Source: Patescibacteria group bacterium (GTDB lineage Bacteria; Patescibacteriota; Microgenomatia; UBA10105; UBA927). From it: a stretch of 64,000 bases of DNA. The position numbers were made by a program, and so were the translations under genes. The first letter of the stretch is position 1. Every line of letters starts with the position of its first letter. The stretch lies in contig DATKGN010000008.1 of NCBI GenBank assembly GCA_035510735.1, forward strand, positions 76,466-140,465, written 5' to 3'. Shown here in pieces: positions 39,901-51,900 of the stretch. Under the pieces are notes generated by a model that saw only the letters and a program-made list of their open reading frames with translations, had not been told where the DNA came from and did not search any database.

Positions 39901-42900
39901 ATGGATCAATTTTAAACGTTGGTGCTAACCGGACTCCGGGCCTTGCTGGTTTTGCTTTTTTCACCGACGTTTTTGCGTTAGTAGTTTTTACCTCAACTGC
40001 TTGTTTAAGTGTCACAGTATTAATCTGAGGAACAAACTGAATATTTCTATATTGGGACAACTGACTCGCAAGTTGGTTCAACGACTTCAACGCACCGGCC
40101 CAATATCGGAAAAATGTGATAATGTTTGGCAAAGAGAGAGATTTTGCTTGTTCTTGTGTTTGCCACTGTACATTTAGCTGTTGGAAACGATTAAAAAGAA
40201 CGGTGACAGCTGCATTTCGAGCAGTTGATTGAACAGTCGTTACTTTCACGATTGCCTTTCTGTTGCGGTAACGTTCAACCAAACCCGCAAGTAGCTGCGA
40301 TCGGAATATCAGCGAACCGAAGGCATCTGATAATTTAAGAAGCGTTCCCGCGAGAAAACCAACAGGAAGAACCGAATTTTGTGCCATCTGCGTCGCGGCT
40401 TGCGCTTCTTCTTTGGTTAGAACAATGGCGATCTGGCTTTTCCCGGGGCCGGGCGCAATTGTGCCGTATTTATTAACAAACTCATCAAACGTAAGCTCGC
40501 TGTAGCGCACCTCTCCGTCGGATTTAATCGTTTTTATCCCGTTTACATTCACTGTGCCATCATCAAGATAATTCGCATCATACACACGATATTTTCCGTC
40601 GGCCGTCTTGTCGGAAAGTAGGAATAGAATATGACCGGGCTCTTTTGAACCTTTGTTATACAGAACAATAAAGTGCCCTAATCCTGCATCCAAATCTGCC
40701 TGTGACTGCACGCGCTGCACGGCATACTGGCCTTTTACATACACAATTCCCGCTGGACTGTTGTTCAAATCATTGCCGACAATCTGCTTTGCAACTGCTC
40801 CACCAATGGTCGAAAAATCATTTATCCCACCAGGAAAATCAGTCAACCCACTTTGCTGCATAATGTTTGCGAATGCAATACATTGCACTTCCTCATTCGA
40901 AAAACCTGTTGAGGTGAAATCCAAAAATGTATACGCACTTGTTCCTTCTAATTTATCTGCCATATCGGCAAATCCATTTGCTTTGAGTCCCTGCCGCAAC
41001 GCGTCGCTTGCAGAAATTGCGTTACGTTTTGTTGGATCATTCTGCCAGTCATCAAGAATCTTCATTACTGCTCCGCCGAATTTGTCGACTTGAGAAGTAT
41101 AGACATGCCTATTTATAGAACCAGGGACATTTGCCACCGATAGAGAATTATCCGCGGCAACCTGAACATTGGTTGCAGATTGTGCAACGGGCGCAACTGC
41201 TGATTGAGGAACAACGACCTCTTGCGACACTGAAGCTGGCGGTTGTATCGGTTGTTGGTTCACAGCGGGCGGTGCATTTTGTTGTTGTGAGGTAGAATTA
41301 TTCCCAACCTGCTCATTATTTCCCGCCACAGGATTAACTGCAGAATTGGCCGGGTTAACCGGATTAACCGGGTTAACCTGAGGATTTATGGTGTTTACTG
41401 ATGGTTTTTGCTGCTGTACAACCTGGACATTATTCACCTGAGAAGGAAGGGACGCGCTGTTTCGATTGTTTTGAATCGTTGAAAAATAACCGGCAACAAT
41501 CGCAGCTAATGTGAGCCCGATGAGTAACACGGTTGCTCTCCTTCTGATCATTGGTGCACGGAAGGCAAAATATGCAAGCGTGCCGATGCCCGCGATACCG
41601 GCGAGTATACCCACCGTCGGCAGGGCTGTCATGATAACCGGTGAGATTACGGCTCCAGCCGCCGCTACAGCTGCCGTAATCCGCGCGCCATTACTCTCCA
41701 GTGCTTTTATAATGAAATATGCCGCCGCAGTTACAAGCGGGAAACCGGCAACCGCCGCGATACCACGGAAATGATCTTTTATGAAATTTCCAATAGTATC
41801 GATTGTTGAAGAAATGAATGATGGTGATTGTGAAGTTTTTATAGACGGATTTATCCGTGCACGTTCCGCCGAGATTCGTGCTAGATGTTGAACGTATTGA
41901 TTAGGAGTTACATCTGATCGGTTCGGCGTAAAAATATTTAATAGCCTTAATTTCTCCGTGACAGAAATATCGCTTCTGTCTATGGACTCTATAGCGCGTT
42001 GTGTAATAATCGCTTCGACAACACAATTAGCCATTGACCCTTTACAGGTATCCCCCGTACGTATGGCATACCCGCTCGCAATAGTATCGACGGGAATGGT
42101 CTTTAAGATCTGAGCTATCAAATCTCTCAGTAATTGAGACGACCTGTTTGCGTAATAGACGGGTTGATCTATTTTTTCATTCATAGCACCCATCCATGCA
42201 GTTGTTTTTAATTCTTCAAGATTTTGGAGATATTGTTTCCAGGCGTCTCCTGCTGCTTGCAAATATTTGTCTTTTACGTCTTTGGCACCTGTAGCATTGA
42301 TGATCCGCTGAAGCATCCAGTCGTACGTTTGTCGGGCGGCACCAAAACCTTTGAGTGCATCCGTCCTGTTAGTCGCTATCATCTGATCGTTCGCATTATC
42401 AGAGAGGAATTGTGTCTCACGCGCAACCTGTTCCCGGTTTTGAATTGTGGTCTCTGCTTCATCAACGAGCGCCATAAATGATGCATATCGGCTGTCAGAC
42501 GGGAGTATTTCTCCGGATAAACCGTTCTCGAGGTTGAGAATCCTCGCGTCATTTGCACCGAGAACTTCTTTCAAATCGTCCAATGATATGTATTGTCTCG
42601 TTGCTCCCCATGACCGTATCTGATCCTTTCCCTTGCTTACAGGGATAAGCCGGCCAACCCTCCCCCTGATTTGTTCGAGTGTGCTACTCTTTTGAAGCCC
42701 GCTGATGAGCTCAAAAAATCCTCCCGCCTCCCGGACCTGCTGGTCGGGCTGGAAATCAACACCACGGCCGATATTCGCAGTACCTACGGCAATATTCCCC
42801 GATGTGCCTGCTCTTGCAATATTTTCAGCTTTATCTCCGCCCGCGCGTTCGGATATAAAGATGGCATTCGCAAAAGCTGCAGTACTGCGAAGAGCGCTTA

Positions 42901-45900
42901 AGGCTCCTTCATTTTTAACTGCAACTAATACTGCCCTGTGTTGTGCCCGAATCGATTGTGAATCCTGACCCAATGCTTGTTCTTTCGCGCTATCTGTGAT
43001 GAACAGTCGTGGGGAGTAATCAACTCTGTCTTTTTCAAGGATAACCCATGCACCCGACTGCTTATGGACGACGCTATATATCCACTGCTTGCTTGCCTGG
43101 TCATATAACTGAACTAACAAATACTCAGGATTATTCTGATTTTGTTTTGCCATGGATATATAGAGCGGGAAAGGAATCGCTTTCGGAATCAATCCATAGT
43201 ATGTCTCAAGCTCATTCCCCTCCTGAAATGCAGTCGCGGTAAATATGACGACCGATCCCGCCTCTCTCACGAACGTCATGGTGGTCTGTAAATCAAACGT
43301 CGTATCGCTTATCTGGGTAAAATTTTGCGTCCGCCCATGCTTCGCTTCAAGCGCCCATTGGAGGCCACTTTGGAACTTTTTGTCAGCGTCCGTTATCTGT
43401 TCATCATCGAGTATCGTAATTTCCCCGGTCGTCTGATCGTAAAGGTAATCTACCCCCTCTTTCATAAGCGAAGCCTCACGGGCAAATTCGACGTAGCCTG
43501 CAAACGTGTCATCTGACATTCCGGTTGGTTGCAGTATGGATAACTCGGCAATTGCTTTCGGCGTGAGCGATGATAAGGTAATATCCTCAGGATCAAACGT
43601 ATAATAATCCCGATTCCCTGCCCATCCCTGCATTTTACCGGCAAGAGCTGACAATACATTCATCTCTATAGTGCTCAAATTTTCCGCTTCAGCGGCTTGC
43701 CCGGTACGTACTATCGGTGTTAACGCCTCTTGTAATACACTTTTATCGCCCTCATCAGGAATCAGCGTATAATCGGCCAAAGGAATGTTGACGCCGCTTT
43801 GCAACGCAAGAGAGTAGGCTTGCGCGATATCAGTTAATTTTCCGTAAATAATCGGCACATTAGGAGTGAGGTATTGTCCTTTATCCACAACTCCGGACGG
43901 CACACCAAACACGGAGAACAGATCCGAAACGTCATGTAAGTCCCGTGTAGCTAAATCGACGTTCGCTGAACTGACCAAGACTCCTGACTGGAATAATGAG
44001 CGCACTAACGCGACACAGGCAGCAGCATATGTTTTACCTGTTCCTGTCGGCAGCTGTACTGCGATATGATCGGAAGCTATCGCATCATAAATAGCAAATA
44101 GTTGAGCATCCGTAAACGATTTCCCTTTATTCGCCTGTAACACTAAATCGAAAAGTGCGACGGCACGGATTATCCGCGTATTTTTTTCGCTACCCGAAAC
44201 GTGCTTACCGGTTTTCATAACTTCATTCATAAATTCCGAGACCAGGAATTTAACCGGTCTTCCTGATTTGGTAATGCGCGCCTCTTCAGCCGCAATGGCA
44301 TCAGTAAACGTCAACTCTCCTGAATACTCGGTCCGTATAAACTTCACCATGTCGTCTTGTTCTTTACGGACGTAATTCACAGACCGGGATACTGATTTGC
44401 CATTTGTCCCCACAGTATCGGTAACGTTCATAGTTACTTTCGGAACAAAGAAATTCCCGATAGTGTGGACAACTGTTGTTACCGAGGTCGCCCGATTACG
44501 GATATCCTCCTGTAATTTTGTTCGAATGGAATCTACTAATGTCTTTACTACACCCTTATCTTCGTGGATCACATACGGTAACTCGTTTTGTACGAAGTCA
44601 TTCGTTTGATTTTTCAGACTCTCTCTCATCAGCGCTAACTCATCCGTAAACAATGAAGGATTGTTGACATGGAGAGCAAAGTTGGTAGAAAGATCCAGTG
44701 TATGGGAGTTGACCTCGCTTAACGGAACAAACAGGCTTCCAACGCCTACTGTCGTTACGGGTAATAAACTCATGTTTTTGGAATCCGGGTTATTCGGCAA
44801 ATAAAACTCTTTCAGAAATATATCGAATGGGACCGTGACTACCTGACGTACTCCTTGTCCGCCGGCTCCGGCAAAATACCTCTGAATCATATCCGTCTCC
44901 CCCATTGCGACTCCGGGGTACTTTTTCTTTAAAGCGTCAAAATTTTCCGAGGAATATAATGTCGTGTCAGCGCCAATTTCATTAGAGAATGAAAAATCCA
45001 TTGCATATCGGGTGCCGTCAATAACCGTTGTTACCACTGCGTGTGCGTCACGAATTGCCAACCACGTTACAGAGGACGGAATACCCATCGTTGATAAATA
45101 CGCCTGTGCAAGGGTTGATTGATCGCCACACGCACCAACCCCTATGGCGTCGGGTATATGATAGGTTTGAGGTGAGCGGGCAGCGGTAGTTTCTGTATAT
45201 GGATCTACTATGGAGATAGCCGCGTGAATTGCATTTAACGCATCAACTTTTTCCTGTGTACTACCCGATTGGAATATTATCTCAATGGCATCCCGTGAAT
45301 AATCTCTTCCTTTGTTTTTACCGATAATTTGGAGCTCCGAATCCAATGCAATTAATATCCCCTTCCATGCTTTGCTCTGCAAATCCTGATCATTCAGAAT
45401 GACATTGGGAAGATTCGGATTTCTTAAATATTTATTTTCATATAATGAATTAGCTACCTGAACATAAATTTTGGACGGATCATTTGTGATATACGCTCCG
45501 GTATCAGCATCATAATATTTCCCGTTATTCTCTATGACATGTTGTCCGAATGGCGTCGTATACACGGGATGATCCTTCTTTAATTGCCCCAGTGAATCAA
45601 CGTTTAATCCATTTGGTGTACTGATAGGTTGTATGGGATTTAACTGTGCATCCGCCAGTGATGGAATATTCGCGATATCGGAAGGTGAATACGTCATAGG
45701 AGTTTGTCGGCTATAGTTTGCAATAAGTGAAAGGAGATTTTTATCAACTCTTGGTGCTGCCTGCACAGATAGTGGCTGGCTATTAGATGAAGCGCCTGTT
45801 GTTGAGTTCGCCAATGAAGCTTGCGATGGATTCGTCTGAAGCGAAAGTTGGTCCAGTTGACCCTGAAGCGTATTTACCTGAACTATTACATTATTTATCG

Positions 45901-48900
45901 TTTTTATATTTACCTGTGAATTGGCATCTATTGCTGGTTGATTATTTAACGAAGCAAAATATTTTTGATTTATTGGTGAGTTCGGTATCGGGTTTCCGGT
46001 CTTATCGACCTCCAAAACCCACGCCGTAATCTTAAACGATTCTTTATTTATAACCTCGAGTGAATCTGGGACGATATTATTGGTCGAATCCGTTGGGGCG
46101 TTTTTCCCTAATATATATCCATTATTTGCAAACCACGGATTTAGGACAGCGGTATTCGGCTTCGATTCATCAAGAGTAAAATAATTACTCGTATATACGA
46201 TCTTCAACCGTTTGTCTGAATTATTAACCACAACATATGGAAACCCCGTTGAAAATGAATAATTGGAAAGATTCCCGTACCACCCCGCTAAAAATGGTTC
46301 ATGATCAAAAGGTTCATGGAGAGCATATCCGGGTTTGACAAATAATCCGTCAATGCCAGTCTGTTCTATTGCGGTCCCCAGTGTTGCCGCATCAGTGCAT
46401 ATGCCAGATCCATTTAGGCCGTTGTACACCACAAAGTGTGTCGGCATTGTTTTTCCGAAAGCAATATTTGCAATATTGACAGATTTTCCTGGTTCAATGA
46501 TTGTCCCGCTAATCCTACTCGAGACATCCGCCACATTACTCAACTTCCCCCATCCTTGTTGACCCCTTTCACCATCATAATATGCCGTAGCGGTTTGTGC
46601 CCTATTCTGCTGGAGGTATGCCATTCCGGTATCAAACGCTGTAGCGATGGTCGCACCTAAATGGGCTGTTTCATAATCCAGAAGAGATGCACCTTCAATG
46701 AAATTAAAATCTCGATGAGACAAGTTATCACCATTTATCGCCATTGATACGCCAAACCGCTGACCGTTCGGAAGTTGAATAATACCGCTGTTGTTCTCCC
46801 GAATCCAGAGATGTGGTGAATCTGTATACGATGAAAATAAGTTAATCGCAAACGGATCCTTTGTTTGAATGGAGGAAAATCCTTTTTGATTGAGTAAATT
46901 ATCGTATCCGCTCCCCTTCGGCACAAAACCACCTCTATAATTTAAAATAGACAATAAATAACCCTGTTCATCCTGATGCGACCACCAATCTGATGTTCGC
47001 AAATCTTCATTAAGAAGCGTCAATGACTGTGTCATTGCCTGAGAAACGGTTGCGTCTTGTATCGGATGTGCATTGTAATATGACCAGAATTTCATAATAT
47101 CTGCCGTAGTTGAAGTATTTGATGTGAGGTCTGTATCAGACATACCGATGGTGGCAAGCAAATTGTTTACTTGGTTACTTACTGAGGATGTAGAAAGATA
47201 TTGTGTTAATTGAGTCGCCACTTTTTGTTCACCTTTTCGTTGGGCAAGCTGTGAATCAATAATTTGTGACACCGTCATCCCGTTAAATCCTTGAGGCGAA
47301 TAGTTTAAAAGATCTTGCCCCGATAATCCTTGTTGCTCCAACAGCGAAATCAGCGCATAGACCTTTACTGTATTTAAATTTGAATCCATGGTCATATGTA
47401 CTGAATCATTCACGCCAAAGATTTTCCCTGTGTTAAGATCAATTACACTTATACTCACAACGGCATGTTTATCATTCGTAAAGTATTTATTCTGAATTTG
47501 TGTAGCTTGACTAGTTAGCGCCGCCTGCAAATTCTGGTAATTCGTCTGGCGGATTTGTTCACCGGTTACCGAACGGGTAGAAACCTCAAGATACTTTTGC
47601 CCAACGTCCGTTGACAAAAACGTATTTATATATTGGGTAATGTGATTAGTGTCCGTTTGATTACCCGACACATAGGATTGAATGGTAGTCGCAACAGTAT
47701 TCATAGTAGCTACATCGTCACTTGAAAATTCTAAATTTGAATAATTTTGTGAAACGCCCTTCAGGTCTGAAGCGAATGACGTAAGGGAAGTATTGAGAAG
47801 TTGCCTCTGCGAGGCAATTTGTTGTGAAATCTGCTCCGAAGGAGAAATATTTTTATTTGACGGTACATTAACCTGAGTATTACCTACATTGGCATTAGTA
47901 ACAGTACTTGGATTAGCCACCACTCCGGTTGTCGTATTCACTTGATTACCGCTTACGGGACTGTTTGCAACAACCGGCTTTGATTCCAACAATTGTTTTG
48001 TTGTATATTTAGCCGCGTCAGGCAATGTTGTATATTCCGGCGGAGCAATGACGGAGAAGAGCGTTGGTGTTATTAAAATACCCGTTGTTACAAACCCTAT
48101 CCAACTTAACAATCCAATGGAGAATGGTACAGCGCTACCAAAAGTCAAAATCGTAAGGGCTACCGAGGCTATTCCAAGAGCAGCAAAAACGTAAGCGCCC
48201 GTGGGGATTGGTCGACGTTGTGGTGCATATGAGGAGAGCGGTTTTGGAAATTGAACCGGCACAACAACATCGTTAGTGTCACCCTTCGCCCGTATCACGA
48301 GTTCATAATTCGTTGCATTTGTACGACGAAGGAGAACGTTGATTTGTGAACCATCCTGCATTTGGACGGTGATTGTGTTATCTACGGTCAACGGCACCCG
48401 ATCATTTCCTATAAACATCTTTATTTGCGGATCGACACCATTTTGAAGTATCTGCGGATCAAAACCGATCTGTAACGAAGAGGCGTAGACATATCGTTTA
48501 AAATCCGAAGGAGATACTATCCAAGACAACTGAATTCCATCCTGAGTTGCTTTCACGAAATGGAGCCTCCATCCAATCGTCTGCATCGGAAGTATATTTG
48601 CAAAAACATAATTTTTGTCACCCCGTGGATGTGTTGCAAGAAGTGCCTGTAGCCCTTCTTGAACGTGGACGGCAAAAAGAAAATGAAGAATTGATTTTGC
48701 CTGTTCTCTTTGAGATGCGGTCGCATATGTCGCCTGGATATCAGCATTCTTTTCAAACGCAGCCAATACAGTATTCCATTGCAATCCGGCAACATCACCC
48801 GTACGCATCGCCTGATCGACAACGCTCCGGACAAAATTATCAAGATAAAGAAGATCTGGATTTTGAGTAAAATCTTCCTCTTCGGGGCGGAAAAGAACGA

Positions 48901-51900
48901 TTTGTAATTCTTTTGAAAGGTTGCTGTAATCACCTTTCTTGAACAAATTCCATCCGGTTTTTGAAATATAATCATTAACCCTCTGAAACATTGTCAGCTG
49001 AGCGGTTAATTGAGCAGCTTGGGCTGTTTGAGCATTATTGTTTGCTTGTTTTTCTTCAATAGCGGCCAGGACTCTCAGTAATGCATTACGCGTGCTCGCG
49101 ATCCACAAATTCTCATCAACATTTGCACTGGCGAGCACGCCGTCGGCGACACCGTTTTGACGCAAATACTCCCGAAGCGCATTATCAATCTGATCTCTCG
49201 ACCCGGTCGTAATCGCGCTTCTCACTGATGGATCATCAAGAAGGGTACGCTGTAAAGATAAAAGCAAGTCTACATAGTTGATAAATACCGGCCGGCGCGC
49301 GATTTCCAGGGCTGTTACCACCCTATCGATTATTACTTGCTGCGGGGATTTCGAAGCAGCCGCGTGATACAGAATATCTCCGGTTGTCCGCGCCGCCGCG
49401 AGATTAGATTCCAAATACAATGCGGGCAGAAGTGCTGATACGATCGGTGATGTTACAACACGTGCGGCTGCCGATTCATGGACCGCGCGCTCTTTGGCAA
49501 GCGCTTCCGAACCGGCAATCAAGGCTCTGGTGTCATCTGCGGAAATAACTGAAGATGATTGCCATTGAGCCTCGGCGTCAAGTAGCTGTGCTTCCAGCGC
49601 CTGTTTTTGCTGCTCTCTCAGCGTGAGTTGTGCTTGTTGCGCCTGTCGTGTTTCGACAATCGAACGGGCCCGTGTCACCTGCGCAACCACCGTCGGTACA
49701 TCGTGTAAACTGCTCAATTCGTGAGCTATTTGATTCACAATGGATGCATCCCGGGCGTCTGCATTTTGCACCAGCCGTGCTGCAATTGTTTCCCCTGTCA
49801 GGTTCCGCATCGATTCGTCAAGAGGATTACCAATTTCTGCGATAAACTGTTGGATCGCCGCTGTATCAGTAGGGCCAACGATATTCGCAAGGACGAATGC
49901 AGTTTTAGATTCCCCGGGGTTTGTAAGATATTCATTCATTGCGACTTTTAAATCTGCGCGGCTTAGTTTCTGATCGGCATACATACTTACAAGTAACTGA
50001 TCCAAATCCGTAATGACAGCCTCCTGATTCTTTCCGGCAATTGCCTGAGTAAGTAATGTGTCCGTAACGCCAAAATATGTTAGACGCTCTTGGATAGTCT
50101 GACGGATGACTGTATCGCTTGCGCCATTAACATACTGGGTAAGCACGGGACCGGGGCCCAAAATATCCATCATTGCAAGTTCGTTTGCGGCGTGGAGCTC
50201 CTGTTGTTTTTGTTCTGTCCAAAGACCAATAAGCCGGAAAAATAGCAGACGTGTTGCGATTTGTTGTTGATCCGTACCCGTCGTTGTACCGCCATTCGTT
50301 TCGGTCGGACCGGCATTTGATCCTCCGCCGCCCGGCGGCTTAGTTCCTGTTGGTGGGGCACCCCCACCCGGTGGCGAAGAAGGCGATTCGGGATTGGTCG
50401 GCGGCTTTTGATAATTTTCAATTGATTGGATGAGCGCATCTATTGCCTTTGAAGCATTTGCCGGAAACTTGCTGCCCGCGGGCATAAGTGTACGCAACTC
50501 CTGGTAGATAGTTTGTAACGATGACTGTATCGTCTCCGACGATAAATCAGAGCGTAATAACTGGGAAATATCGGAATCTATTTTACCCAATGTTACGGCT
50601 TGTTTCTGCAGCGAATCCAGACTGCCATGCGCTTCATGGTATTCTTGGACCGTCAGGATAGTGTCCAAAAGCCATCCGGCAATGTGTGCACGGGCGTACT
50701 CCTCCGTTGAGGCAAAATTGCTATATTGAAGCGCTTCCCGGACGCCGGTTTGAAATTCTGAAGCATCAGGCTGGTTTTGACCAAAATCTGTATTTATCGA
50801 CTGACCTCTTGAGCCAATGATTGATCCGGCTTTTAAAAGTGCCATTACGTTTGGCCATGGATGCATCATGAGAGAAGCGGAGATGAATGTTACGTTAGAT
50901 AGCGACTGTGCAAACGGACCATACGTCGCCATGATGATGAGCCGGTTAATCTCTTCTGGTGTATATTCTTTGGGCTCGGGTAAGTATGCGTTTTGTATAT
51001 CCTCAAATGCTGTAGTTACCATGTCAGTTCGAAACGTAATCTGATTTGTCAGTATTTCTTGTACATACCGTTCATCCTCTCCCGCCGGCAAATGTAATGA
51101 AGCAACAAATTTCCGTACGTCGTTTTCGTTAAAATTTGCCTCCACTTTGTTGTTTGGGGAAAAGTCCGGTAATCCCTGCGGCACTGCTACCTGCGGCAGG
51201 TTCGTCGTAAGGACAATCATGGCGTTTATCGCCACATCGATATCCCCACGCATAACAGACCAAACCGTGTTGTCCCCGCCGGCCAGACTGATAGCCTGTT
51301 TCAAGAGTGTAAACGCTTCGCCGTATAATTCCTGAGTATTTTTGTCAGAAACCTGATAGAGGATTTGTTTCACCGCCGAGGACTGTGCATATATAGTCGG
51401 CCAATCATACGGTCGATCCGGTGTATGCAGAATGACACTGGCAAATACGCTCGTATTCACTCTCCCCCCATACGTATCAAGCACTCCCAGAACATCCGCG
51501 CGTTTACCACCTGGAGTAAAATCCGTAGTCATATGTTCCAAAGACATACTGTCAGGATATGAAACGCGGAGTGCAGCGATAATGTTGTTCTGCTCCGCCT
51601 GTGACAACAACCCAAATTGGTCATTACGAGCGCTAAGGAGAGCGGCCATCTGATCTCTGATGATTACCTCAGACTGATCGTTATTGAGTATGTCTTGTTT
51701 TCTCCCCCACTCATATTCCGTTACGGCAGCTAAGAGGTTTGCGAATTCACTTGTATTGATGCCGTATTGTTGGGTAATTCGAGCAGTAGATTCAGCAGGG
51801 GTGCTTCCAGCGTTCGCGCCGAGGAGTGAATTGAAGAGTTCATTTTGAACGATTACGTTAACATCAGTAAGATCGATGAAATCATGAAGAGTCGTCGCTT

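Noticed and set aside
46650-47480. Functional beta-lactam or vancomycin resistance determinant
   Set aside because: The SxxK and KTG motifs are degenerate, the domains are embedded in a giant protein, and VanW alone is not a resistance enzyme.
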